DNA of 64,000 nucleotides from NCBI GenBank assembly GCA_038087875.1, contig CM075988.1, positions 10,108,001 to 10,172,000 of the forward strand, written 5' to 3'. This document shows positions 25,020-37,554 of this stretch, piece by piece. Source of the DNA: Malacoraja senta. Its lineage: Eukaryota. The notes under the pieces were generated by a model. The model searched no databases. It had not been told where the DNA came from and was given only the letters and a program-made list of their open reading frames with translations. Position numbers and translations under genes: made by a program. The number at the start of each line of letters is the position of its first letter. Within the stretch, counting starts at the first letter, position 1.

Positions 25020-25455
25020 AAGACCTACAAGACCTGTAAGACCATGAGATATCGGAGCAGAATTAGGCCATTCAGCCCATCCAATCAGCTCTGCCATTCG
25101 ATCATCGCTGATCTATCTTTCCCTCCCAACCCCATTCTCCTCTGACACCCTTACTAATCAAGAACCCATCTGCTTTAAAAAAATACCCAATAACTTAGCC
25201 CCCACTGCTGTCTGTGGCTACGAATTCCACAGATTCAACTCCCTCTGGCTACAGAAATTCCTCCTCATCTCCATTCTAAGGGTATGTCCTTTTATTCTAA
25301 GGCTGTGCCCTACAGTCCCAGACACTCCCACTACTGGAAACCTCCTCTCCACATCCACTCTATCTAGGCCTGTCATTATTCAGTAAGTTTCACTTAGGTC
25401 CCTCCCCATCCGTCTAAACTCCAGTGAGTAGAAGCCCAGAGCCATCAAACGCTCC
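25020..25455 (-). mobile_element. CR1 LINE 3' fragment
   Basis: Colinear with the CR1 3' end at 1480-1790 (GAATTCCACAGATTCA, GAAATTCCTCCTCATCTCC, CTCCCACTACTGGAAAC). Confidence 0.8.
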
Positions 25456-27199
25456 TAATTATAATAGATTGATACGGTGGTGAGGCCATTGCAACGGCTG
25501 AGAGTGTGCATCAGGCTGGATCAAGGAGTGCTCTCCAGCAGATAAGCTGTGACTCAGTGTGCAGGCATCAAGCAAAAGCAGTTATTTTACTATCTGCTCT
25601 GCAGTATTGACTGATCTCTAACCGCTGAAGAATTAGCTGTTCATAGTTTATTTTATTGCTAGGATTGCAGAGGATGCTGTGTTGTAAGTACCTCTGCTGT
25701 CAGTTCCATTTACAATCCCAGCCAGTGACTGTGGAGATTCTCCAATGCATTGTGAAAGGTACCAAATATGCCAATGACCCCCGACACACTTCTCCTCCCC
25801 ACTCTCTACTTCAGCCCAATAGTTACTAGACCACAGCAAAAGACTCCAACCAGTTGTAGAGGTCAGCAGTAATGTTGCCAAAATCAATATCATTACCCAA
25901 AGGTCCCATAAACCCTGATTGAGTTTGCCATTAATAAAATGAAGGTCACGCTCAATTTCACTAACTTAAGATCATTCCTTGAAAGCAAGAAGACATGACG
26001 ATCACTTAGAACATTGCCCGCTTACGTTAGTGAGGAACAATGCACAAAGAAGTGAAACCTCAGGAATGCAAATAAATGGGCAGAGCGTTCCAATGAGTTA
26101 GCATTGCATAAAGCAATGGCCTTCCTTCATGAAGTAAATTTCTATACACATTGGTATCGACTAAGGTTAGTTGAAGAGTATAAATGGCTATTGTAGAGAT
26201 AAGATGGCAAAGGATGAAGAGAATTCAGCAAATCTCTCCACGGAGTTACACAGTAGAAATATCATAAAAATGAGCTATAATCAGCCATAAGGTCATAAGG
26301 AATAGGAGTCAATTAGGTCATTCGGCCCATCAAGTCTACTCTGCCATGGCTGATCTATCTCTCCCTTATAACCCCATTGTCCTGACTTCTTCCCATAACC
26401 TCTGACACCCATATTAATCAAGAATCAAACTATTTCTGCCTTAAAAATATCCACTGACTATGCCTCCACAGCCTTCTGTGGCAAGTGTTTCAGCAAAAGC
26501 TGACAAGCTTGGCCAAAGATGTGGGCTTCATTCAAGTCACAGTGGCCATGAAGCTACTGTATTTTTCTAAAAACACATCCAATTCATGAATGATCTTCAG
26601 GCAAGCTAATCTCTTTCCTGAACCTTCCTGTCTTATATATGGTTCCAGATTAGCTTGTATGGTTGATTGCTAACTTCTTTCTCAGTTCTGAAGCAGTTAA
26701 AGATGAAGAATACAGGCACAGTCAACAGTATCAATATGGAGGTAAAGCTGCAACCAGAGACTGGGTTTGATACTGACCTCGGGTGCTATGTGTGTGGAGT
26801 TTGCACTTTCTTCCTTTGACTACGTGGGTTTCCTCCAGGTGCTCCAGTTTCTTCCCACATCCTAAAGATGTGTAGGTTTGTAGGTTAATTGTCCTCTGTA
26901 ATTTGCCACTCGTGAGTAGGATATGTTTGGGAAAGTGTAATAACATAGAACTAGTGTGAATGTTGGATCAACGGTAGGCGTGGACTCTGTGTGCCGAAGG
27001 GCATGTTTTCCACGCTGCATCTCTAAACATCATATGAACAAGTAAATTAAAAATAAAAGTACATAGAAGAAGGCTTGTGAATAGAAATTAATGCTGTTAT
27101 ATAATGACTATTATTCATAATAGTCTTCAAATAATCTGCTAATTGATTTCACAAAATCTTTTCTCCTAGGAATATTGAAAGCCATTTAAATGCTCATAG

Positions 27200-27421
27200 G
27201 TACACAAAAATGCTGGAGAAACTCAGCGGGTGCAGCAGCATCTATGGAGCGAAGGAAATAGGTAACGTTTCGGGCCGAAACCCTTCTTCAGACCCGAAAC
27301 GTTTTGGCCCGAAACGTTACCTATTTCCTTCGCTCCATAGATGCTGCTGCACCCGCTGAGTTTCTCCAGCATTTTTGTGTACCTTCGATTTTCCAGCATC
27401 TGCAGTTCCTTCTTTAACACA
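27200..27421. mobile_element. Palindromic Penelope-derived element with a 13-bp TSD and a hammerhead-like core
   Basis: Near-perfect ~80-bp inverted arms. TSD TAAATGCTCATAG at 27187-27199 and 27422-27434. The minus strand carries CTGAAGAA-GGGT-TTCG-GCCC-GAAAC-GTTA. Confidence 0.8.
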
Positions 27422-30400
27422 TAAATGCTCATAGTGTTTATTATGCACGTAATTTCTGAAATATCGCAGAAGGTTAAGTTGCAACATTTCAGTTGCTGGC
27501 AATGGAGGTAATTGAATCAGTACCTCAACACCATTTAAAAGGCACTAGGATAGATACACGGACAGAAAAGGTTTAGAGGGATATGGGAAAATCACAGGCA
27601 AATGGGACTAGATTAGATTGGGCATCTTGGCCAGCATGATCGAGTTTGGCCAAAGGGCCTGTTTCAGTGCTCGATTGAAAACTCGGCCCATCGAGTCCAT
27701 GCTGACCATTGATCACCCGTTCACACCAGTTCTATGTCAGCCCATTTCGTTTCCACTCCCGTCACTCGAGCTTCTATTATAGAGGCCAATTAACCAACAA
27801 ACCTATATGCCTTTAGGAGGTAGAGAAAAAAGCTGGAGAAACTCAGCAGGTGAGACAGCATCTATGGAGTGAAGGAATAGGTGATGTTTGAGGAAACCGG
27901 TGCACCTGGAGAAAACCCACAAGGTCACTGGGAGAACGTGCAAACTGCTCACAGAGAGCACCAGAGGTCAGGATTCAACCAGGGTCTCTGGGGCTGTGAG
28001 ACAGCAGCACTACCAGCTGCACCACTGTGCCACCCAAATGCCTCTACAACTCTCTTACTTATTTTTCTGAGGTGCATCAGTTTAGCTGTTCACAATTGAA
28101 AGTCTTTCTCCAATGATTTCGTTTAGCAAGAGCAGTAAATGGTGAGAGCATTTGTATTCAATAAACCTGAACAAATATATTATAAAGTTTAATAAAATGG
28201 ATGGTACGTTGTGCAATGTTTTTGCAGGTAACTGTGAATACTGTTTGCAAAAGGACCATGCCATCAATTACACAATTCTGAACAGGGTTTTGAGACCAGG
28301 CAATAATCAGTTCAATTAGCTCAATTGAAGTCAATAGACTGATGATAAATTGATACTAATCCATGTGCTTCAATATCAGACAGTGATTATCACAAATTGT
28401 CCTATGCTGGTGGCATACTGTCAGAGTAAAATAGATGGTATCATCTTTGTCATCAGAGTATTTTCTTGCTTACTATCTTGGTCACCAGTAGAAACTGATG
28501 AGAGGAATTAAATGGTGGGGTCAATTAGTCAAATCCAAAGGTGTGTCATGGTGACAATTATTTGCAAGATTGAAAATTCATTAGAGTCATAGAGTGTGGC
28601 AACAGGCCCTTCGGCCCGACTTGCCCACGCCGGCCAACATGTGCCAGCTACACTAGTCCTATCTCCCTGCGCTTGGTCCATATTCCTCCAAACTTGTTCT
28701 AGGTATGTACCTGTCTAACTGTTTCTTAAACGTTGGGATAGTCCCATCCTCAACTACTTCCTCTGACAGCTTGTTCCATACACCCACCTGTGTGAATTAA
28801 GTAAAATGATGCATCTAAGTATAGGAAAGCTAACAAAGCTGGTTCCATTGGCACCCCTAATGAATGCAAAATCATAGAAATGAAAAGTGTGTGTCTGAAT
28901 TTACACACATTTTAAAACATGGCCTCCCTGATCTGGTGCATAGTAATCCATACAAATTGTAGTTATGTTGTAAATGTAGTGTGTTTAAAAGTAAATATAT
29001 CTTTAAGAAATGAATATCCTATGTATAGTGAATTGAGGTATTACTCTAATAAATAAAAATGTTTTGTTGATAAACTTTAATTTGGTTATTTTCCTTTATA
29101 ATTGGTAATGCTAATACATCATGTAAATGTGTCTCATTCTCCTCTGGTGCAGCCTGAGTAAACTTGCATTCCTTAATTGTCCTTTCTCTCCAAGAGATAT
29201 GAATGAATTCCCATAGCGACTCCTTTATGATACATTTGTGAAAATAGACAAGAGGTATAAAACTGCTTAAAACAAATGATCTGGCAACTAAGGAAAAAAA
29301 ATCTGACAGCAAAATAATAGAATAGGTGAAACCGTTAAGAAATATGAACAAACACACCATTACAACTTGAAATGGACTCTTATCATCTCAAGTCTTAAAA
29401 CCAAGGACATATTTTGCCCTTTCGCTATTCTCTTCCTGGGAGAGATTTAAAAACATTTTAGAATTCCTGTAATTGAGAATTGTTTACAAAGAGATACTTG
29501 TAATAGGTATAGCAGATGACAGAAATACCCAGCAGTAAGGCAGCACCTGAAGAGAGAAACAGAGTTAACATCTCAGGTGAAAGAATTCGTTACCCACTTT
29601 CAGGATCAATTTGGTAAACCCATTGATAGACACAAAATGCTGGAGTAACTCAGCGGGACAGACAGCAACTCTGGAGAGAAGGAATGGGTGATGTTTTGGG
29701 CCGAGAATCTTCTTTCGACAAGCAGACCCATTGTTTCAGTCTGTTCTTGAGCTTTGAGATACTAAATGCATCAGTGTGCAATCAAGATAGCCCTTTTATT
29801 AACAACTCCCCACAGTATTTATTTCTTCCTACTTGACCCTATCCTTTCTTCCCTTGTCCGATTCCTTTCCCACATACTTCTGTTACTCTTCTGATACCCT
29901 GTGCCACTTCAACGGTTTCCAGTTTTCAGGTCCCAATCTGCTCACCTTCATGTGTGGGAAGGAACTGCAGATGCTGGTTTAAAATGAAGAAGAAAGTTCT
30001 CGATCCGAAACGTCACCTATTACTTTTCTCTGGAGATCAAGTCAAGTCAAGAGAGTTTATTGTCATGTGTCCCAGATAGGACAATTAAATTCTTGCATTG
30101 CTGCAGCACTTAAGAAGCATAAGAAGATAAAGAAGATGGCATTAAATATTTTGAAAACTTTAACGTTTTCCTGCAATGAGAAGATGAACAAACAGCAGTC
30201 TATTTTGAAAATAGTCATGAAATGATATGTTTAAGCAATGTAAAATTACAATATTATTAATCTTGGACAATAGACAAGACTGGCCTTTGATCCATATAAT
30301 AAAAGCCTTAGGGAAGCTGGTTTTATATACAAATCTAATAATTAAGAGTTTATTTAATGCCTTTCCATGCATATGTCATAAATGTTTTCTTCAACACTTA

Positions 30401-31333
30401 ATTACATAAATACTCAGTGTTGATTTCAAAATGTTGAAATATCAGGTAGCTTCCACACACTAATGAGTCCCAGAGGCACACTGCGTGTATCAGATGTCTA
30501 AATCACAGACTTTGCTGGTTCAATATTCCTTTGCCGCAGTGGTGATTAGTTTATTTGGCTATATTTCACAACTTTCAAGCCACATCTACCCAACTTCACA
30601 GCACACAAATCTGCATGTTCCCAATAATAGGGGTTATTGGTCTCGACTATATTTTAAGACTAAATTCTAAATTCAAATTACAGATTCTGATTCAATGTCT
30701 ACACTGTCCCATCCGACCTAAGTTCGTGGAATTGCCAAAAGAACCATTACTCAGCTCATGATGTGAATGAAGAAGGATGGGAGACATTTGAAATAAATAT
30801 ACAGCATGGAAACAGGCTCATCGGCCCACTGAGTCCAACATGTCCTGTGATCACTTGTTCACACTCGTTCTATATTATCCTACTTTCACAACTACTCCCT
30901 ACACACCAGGGGCAACTTGGAAAGGCCAATGAACCTACAAACCCACACATGTTTGGGATGTGGGAGGAAAACCGGAACACCTGGAGAAAATCCATGCAGT
31001 CACAGGGAGAACAAACAAATGCCACATTGACAACACTTGAGGTCAGGATTGAACCTGCGGCTCTGGCGCCTTGAGTGACTTTGAGCCTGGTGCCTTCTTT
31101 TGGGTTCAGAGCCTGATGTTACCCTTTTCAGAGTTGGTATATAAGATCTGAGATGGATTCTTGAGCCACTAGGATTGCAAGCATAATATCTGGAAGGTGG
31201 GAAGTGGGAGAATTATTGGATATGATCAACAAATATGTGCACTAAAGATTCAGTCAAATGACGATCATTGCTGAGGGAATAGCAATCAGCCACATGTTCC
31301 ATGAACTTGAAGTGCCAGCATATCAACTAAAAT

Positions 31334-31580
31334 GTGTAAGAAGGAACTGCAGATGCTGGTTTAAACTGAAGATAGATACAAAAAGCTGGAGTAACTCAGC
31401 GGGACAGGCAGCATCTCCGGAGAGAAGAAATGGGTGACGTTTCGGTTCAAGATCCTTCTTCAGACTAGTTCAGAATCATCCCTAACTAGTCTGAAGAAGG
31501 GTCTCAACCCTAAATGTCACCCATTCCTTCACTCCAGAGATGCTGCCTGTCCCGCTGAGTTACTCCAGCTTTTTGTGTCT
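31334..31580. mobile_element. Palindromic Penelope-derived element; an LTR element inserted at its right junction
   Basis: Inverted arms. TSD TATCAACTAAAAT at 31321-31333 and again at 32909-32921, beyond the LTR element. Confidence 0.7.
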
Positions 31581-31584
31581 GTAT

Positions 31585-32906
31585 TGTAGATTGGTTACTT
31601 TACTGACTAACCAATGTAGTGCTTTATTATTAGAAGCTCCACCTACTACTACACTGTTCATATTATCGCAACCCGACGTGTGCAATCAGTCCATGCTGCT
31701 TTACAGTAGGAGCAAAACATGCTGTAGTGTGATATGTGCCTTTCAATAAATGCTGTTGTACCATGCTTGTGAGTATGTTTGATTCACTCAACATGGTGTC
31801 AGAAGTGGGATCCGCCAGAACGAACTTTTGGCATCCAGAACAGAAAACACGGACGCACTGCCCAGCTGGGCAGCAACTTCCTCTACTGTGCACATCGGGT
31901 CGTGTGGGTGTTTGATCGCTGTGTTCAGGTCTCTGGGGTTGATGCAGATTCGGATTTCATCCTTGTTTTGCTTTGTTGCAACCACCATGGTTGAAACCCA
32001 GTCGGAAGGGTGGGTGACTGCGGCAATGACACCCAGGGACACCATCCGCTGGAGCTCATTGTGTACTCTGTCGTGCATAGCATGTGGAATATGGCTCGAA
32101 CCACAGGTAAGACATTTGTATCAGTGGCGATGGTGTATTTGATGGATAGCTTCCCAAGCTTGTGGTGAAATACACCATCACCACTGAAACAAATGTCTTA
32201 CCTGTGGTTCAAGCACCACACAACATTCCACATGCTATGCACGTGCTACAGACGCAACCGTCAACATCTCATTCCTGTGAAGGAACCATGTCCTGCTGTT
32301 TTGTATACCAATGCAACGCGTCCGATCTACCCTTCAGCTGTCGGACAGTCTCTTCCCTCGCGCCCTGTTGCTGCAGACGTACCCTTGGTTGCGCCCTCTA
32401 CTCCCTCACCATCACGTTAGTTGCCCCACTTACCAGCCTCGCCGTGTTCCTCTCCCGGGTCACCAGCACTCTCGCCGCATGGCTCCCCAGTTATTTCGCC
32501 GGTGAAGAGACGCGATTTGTACCGTACGCGCACGGGACGGGGTTTGTAGGCAGCCCCTGAAATACGGGGATTTTGTTTGAACAATCTGTACTTCCCTGTA
32601 TGCGCTATTAGCGTTTTGGTTACTGTATTATTCAGTCATCACATATTAACGTGTTTATTTATATATGTCACTTTAATTTAGATGTGTTTCATTTTTATTC
32701 CTACAAGGAAAGATGCAGATTGGTTACTTTACTTACTAACCAAATGTGGTGCTTTATTATTAGAAGCTCTGCCTGGCACTAGATTGTTCATATTATCGCA
32801 ACCCGACGTGTTACTGTACAGTAGAAGCAACATGCTGTAGTGTGATATGTGCCTTTCAATATATACTGTTGTACCATGCTTGTGAGTATGTTTGATTCGC
32901 TCAACG
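31585..32906 (+). mobile_element. Internally deleted and rearranged Gypsy LTR element (TRIM-like)
   Basis: LTRs at 31585-31793 (TG...CA) and 32714-32906 (TG...CG). TSD TGTAT at 31580-31584 and 32907-32911. PBS at 31794-31811, polypurine tract (PPT) AAGGAAAGA at 32705-32713. The interior holds pol fragments in both orientations. Confidence 0.9.
31794..31811 (+). promoter_or_regulatory. Primer-binding site complementary to a tRNA-Leu 3' end
   Basis: TGGTGTCAGAAGTGGGAT directly follows the 5' LTR. It is the complement of ...ATCCCACTTCTGACACCA, which I recognise as a vertebrate tRNA-Leu 3' end. Confidence 0.8.
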
Positions 32907-33694
32907 TGTATCAACTAAAATAATATCCTCATTGTGTCAGCTATGGTTCAGCTTGAAGCACTCTCACTGAGTTAAAAGGTTAAGTAATTCTCAGTGGCCA
33001 ATTAAGCTATCGACCAGTACATCTTTGGTAGGAGTACAGTAGGAGGATACCTGAATATCCAAAGGAACCAAGAAGAAACTGCAGATGCTGGTTTGCAAAA
33101 GAAGACACAAAGTGCTGGAGCAATTCAGCGGGTCAGGTAGCATCTCTGGAGAGAGTGGACAGGCGACGTTTCAGGGATCAGTCTGAAGAAGGGTCCCAAG
33201 CTGAAATGTCGCCTGCCTATGTTGTCCCGAGATGCTGCCTGACTCGTTTAGTTACTCCAGCACTTTGTGTCTTCTCACCTAAATGGAACAATGCAGTCAC
33301 AGGGAGACGTGCAAACTCTACACAGACAGCACGAGAGGATAGAATTGAACCCTTGTCACTCGAGCTGTGAGGTTACAGCTTGACTAAATGCATCAGTGTA
33401 TAACCTAGATAGCCACTTCCATTGAAAACTTCCCACCCAAACGTTATTCCATCACCTGAAGATATTCCAACACCTCATTTGAAAGCAATACCCAGCAACA
33501 TATTGACATGATTAATTTTGCCAGCAGCAGGGATTAAAAATTAATGATAGTTTCCTGAAATTCACAAACACGAGAAGTCTGTTAGCATTTTATTCATGTA
33601 ATTGAAGATAAAATTTAGAAACTAGGGACTCATGTCACACTGAGCTGGTTGATAGATGATAGATCTTAAAGTAAATAACTGGGTGAGGCCTTTC

Positions 33695-35125
33695 ATAGAT
33701 AGATACATAGAAAATAGGTGCAGGAGTAGGCCATTCGGCCCTTCGAGCCTGCACCGCCATTCAATATGATCATGGCTGATCATCCAACTCAGTATCCCAT
33801 ACCTGCCTTCTCTACATACCCCCTGATCCCTTTAGCCACAAGGGCCACATCTAACTCCCTCTTAAATATAGCCAATGAACTGGCCTCAACTACCCTCTGT
33901 GGCAGAGAGTTCCAGAGATTCACCACTCTCTGTGTGAAAAAGTTTTTCCTCATCTCGGTCTTAAAGGATTTCCCCCTTATCCTTAAGCTGTGACCCCTTG
34001 TCCTGGACTTCCCCAACATCGGGAACAATCTTCCTGCATCTAGCCTGTCCAACCCCATAAGAATTTTGTACGTTTCTATAAGATCCCCTCTCAATCTCCT
34101 AAATTCTAGTGAGTATAAGCCAAGTCTATCCAGTCTTTCTTCATATGAAAGTCCTGACATTCCAGGAATCAGTCTGGTGAACCTTCTCTGCACTCCCTCT
34201 ATGGCTATAATGTCCTTCCCAGACTTGGAGACCAAAACTGTACGCAATACTCCAGGTGTGGTCTCACCAAGACCCTGTACAACTGCAGTAGAACCTCCCT
34301 GCTCCTATACTCAAATCCTCTTGCTATGAAGGACAACATACCATTCGCTTTCTTCACTGCCTGCTGCACCTGCATGCCTACTTTCAGTGACTGGTGTACC
34401 ATGACACCCAGGTCTCGCTGCATCTCCCCATTTCCTAATCGGCCACCATTTAGATAATAGTCTGCCTTCCCGTTTTTGCCACCAAAGTGGATAACCTCAC
34501 ATTTATCCACATTATACTGCATCTGCCAAATATTTGCCCACTCACCCAGCCTATCCAAGTCACCTTGCAGTCTCCTAGCATCCTCCTCACAGCTAACACT
34601 GCCCCCCAGCTTAGTGTCATCCGCAAACTTGGAGATGTTGCTTTCAATTCCCTCGTCCAGATCATTAATATAAATTGTAAATAGCTGGGGTCCCAGCACT
34701 GAGCCTTGCGGTACCCCACTAGTCACTGCCTGCCATTGTGAAAAGGACCCGTTTACTCCTACTCTTTGCTTCCTGTTTGCCAGCCAGTTCTCTATCCACA
34801 TCAATACTGAACCCCCAATACCATGTGATTTAAGTTTGTATCCTAATCTCTTATGTGGTACCTTGTCGAAAGCCTTCTGAAAGTCCAGATACAACACATC
34901 CACTGGTTCTCCCATATCCACTCTACTAGTTACATCCTCGAAAAATTCTATAAGATTCGTCAGACACGATTTACCTTTCGTAAATCCATGCTGACTTTGT
35001 CCAATGATTTCACCACTTTCCAAATGTGCTGCTATCCCATCTTTGATAACTGACTCTAGCAGTTTCCCCACTACCGATGTTAGACTAACTGGTCTGTAAT
35101 TCCCCGTTTTCTCTTTCCCTCCCTT
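33695..35125 (-). mobile_element. CR1 LINE, 5'-truncated, with RT domain and one frameshift
   Basis: ORF 34205-35071 has QHGFTKGKSCLTNL, YLDFQKAFDKVPH, GVPQGSVLGP and SKFADDTKL. It continues in another frame (33789-34247) to the normal C-terminus. 3' UTR and TTCTATG-type tail present. Confidence 0.92.
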
Positions 35126-35867
35126 TCCCTGTAATTAAAGCAGGTTGACAATCAAATTAATTGCAAGCTAGTTGTAGTTTCTGCTTAGTATTTTGAATAA
35201 AGATTTTTTTTTAATTAGCCCCAACGTTATTTTTAATCTTTTAGAAAAATGGTCATCTTAGTTTAGTTTAGAGATACAACGTGGAAACGGACCCTTCAGA
35301 CCACTGAGTGAGCGCCGACCAGCGATCCCCGCATACTAAAACCCCTGTCTCACTGTGCGAGCTGACCCACGAGGTACCCCGAGCTTAAAACAAATTTAAC
35401 TCGTGGTAATCACGTACGATTAACGTAGCGGGAACGTCGGAACTCGTAGACGCAACTTAGCGACTCTTGGCGCTAACAGTAGGTACCCGTGACACTTGTT
35501 CACTCTTGGAAAAATTCAAACATGTTTAAACTTTTCCAGGAGTAAAATGTACACTTGAGGTTAAAAATGGAAACATTTAAACACGTTGTAAGAACGTAGT
35601 GGCCCGTGCGTTTACCTTAGTGACTCGTGAGTCTACCGTGGGAACTCTTTAACTCAGCGGGCAGGCAGCATCTCTGGAGAGAAGGAATGGGTGATGGGAT
35701 GACATTTCCAAATTGGGGGGGGAGTGGGGGGTTGGAGGAGGGAGGGGGGGGTGGAGGAGAGAGGGTGGAGAGTGGAGGGAGAGGAGGGGGAGACAGATGG
35801 GGGTGTCTTCATTCACTAGCGGCGGGTGCCGGTCACTGAAACAGGCAGGTGAGATTTCACATCCACC

Positions 35868-36470
35868 TTGTGTGTGTGTGTGTGTCTCTCTCCCTCCCTG
35901 CCTCTCACACAGGCTGAGAGACTCTGCCTCTATGAGTGTACTTCTCTTTCTCCCCCTCTCCCACACACAGTAAGACCGAGGTAAGTCCATCTGTGTAAGT
36001 CCATCTGTGTCTCCCACATACACAGTAAAACTCTGCTTTGTGTGTATATACGTCTCCCCCCATTTCTCTCTCCCCCCCCACCTCTCTCTTTCTCCCCCAC
36101 ACACAATAAGACCGATGTATTCTGCTTAGTCTCTCTTCCCTCCCACACACACAGATAGACCGTGGTCCTGTGCGCTCTTTCTCTCCCCCCCACAGTCACG
36201 CCGAAGTACACCACACTGCCTCTGTGCCTCTCTCTCTCTGTCTCTCTCCCCATCTCCTTCATACACAGTCAGAGGTCCACACTGTCTCTGTGTCTCTCTC
36301 TCCCCTACACACACACACAGTTAAAGGTACTCCACGCTGCCTGTGTGTGTGTGTGTCTCTCTCTCTCACTGTCCCACCCCCCACACCCACACACAGTCAG
36401 TCAGTCAGAGGAACTCCATACTGTGTGTTTGTTTGTGTGTGTGCGCCTCTGTCTCTCCCTATCACAGTCA
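35868..36470. repeat. Compound (CT)n/(CA)n/(GT)n low-complexity array
   Basis: Recurring TCTCTCTCCC...CACACACAG units and (GT)n runs. Confidence 0.85.
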
Positions 36471-36661
36471 GAGTGAGGTACTCCCCCCGCAGTCTCTCCG
36501 CGGCCTCTCCCCGGGCAGGGTGCATCTGTCTCCCTCAGGATGCCCAGGCAGTCAGACACGACTCCGGTGGCGGGCTCCATGCACAGCTCCTGCCGGCCGG
36601 CTGGGAGCGGCGACGGAGGACAGGGGGAAGTTGGCCACCAGCGGGGCAGTCTCGGCTCTCC

Positions 36662-36713
36662 ATGCAGTCCGAGTCTCGCTGGATCCTCGTAATCCTCTGC
36701 CTCTGTCAAATGG
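36662..36713 (+). CDS. Candidate signal-peptide exon MQSESRWILVILCLCQM(G), gene unidentified
   Basis: ATG plus 52 coding nt ending at a consensus phase-1 donor G|GTGAGT. Hydrophobic core WILVILCLC after a basic residue; CpG-rich upstream sequence. Kozak context is weak and I found no downstream exon. Confidence 0.45.
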
Positions 36714-37554
36714 GTGAGTTTAACCTGACCCCCCACCCCCAACCTCCCTCCACCTCAACTCACGCCTGGGCACCAAAGCAGCTCAGGAGGCGAACCCTGA
36801 GCTCCGTCTCCCAACAATCTGATGTGCGCATCCGTCCACATTCAAAGATTTCACCTCCAGTCTCCCCGCAGTGTGTAGACCTGGCAGTAAATTCAATGAA
36901 AATATAGCAAACCTCCGCCTGCTGGTCTTCTAACTACGTGATGTGTGTTTCAAACAAATCATCAGTATAACTGCTCTGGCACGGGACGGTGCGCATTTTC
37001 CCTTTGTAGGTCACATCAATAGATGCGACGGCGCTGAATTCTATCTTTAACTCAAAGCCGCAGGATGGAGATGTTGCTTATTAAAACAGACCTTCATTGA
37101 AGGTTGGCTCAAGAGTAACTCGGGAAAGGAACTTGTTAACTCGGGAGACGAACTTGGAACATCGCAGAAATGACACTTAACGGCAAACTTGAGTCATACC
37201 CGTGGGAACTCGGTTAAACTCTTGATCATAAACTTGGAATCTCGTACGCAACCACGAGTCTTTCACTCTGGTTCACTCGTGGGTCAACTCGCACAGTGAG
37301 ACAGGGCTTTTACACTACCCTATACACACTAGAGACGATTTACAATTTTACCAAGCCAATTATCCTACAAACCTGTATGTCTTTGGAGTGTGGGAGGAAA
37401 CCAGAGGCCCCGGAGAAAACGCACGCAGGTCAAGGAGAGAAGTACAAATTCCATACAGACAGCACCCGTAGTCAGGTTCAAACCCAGGTCTCTGACGCTG
37501 TGAGACAGCAACTCTCCTGCTCTCTAATTTATCAATGGCAAAAGTAACTGCATA

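Larger units (their letters stand above)
35340..37309. mobile_element. TIR DNA element (MITE arms) enclosing ~1.45 kb of foreign sequence
   Basis: TIRs AACCCCTGTCTCACTGTGCGAGCTGACCCACGAG / CTCGTGGGTCAACTCGCACAGTGAGACAGGGCTT. The arms (~35340-35655 and ~37108-37309) are rich in ACTCG/CGTGGGAACTC subrepeats. Confidence 0.85.
35258..37517 (-). mobile_element. V-SINE-type SINE split in two (35258-35339 and 37310-37517) by a 2-kb TIR element
   Basis: The halves rejoin as ACCAGCGATCCCCGCATACTAA|CACTACCCTATACACACTAG, matching the uninterrupted copy at ~7010-7050. Confidence 0.85.

Noticed and set aside
36170..36907. 245-aa ORF as a complete gene
   Set aside because: Its first half is microsatellite translation and it reads through a consensus splice donor at 36714. 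Only the short exon is plausible.
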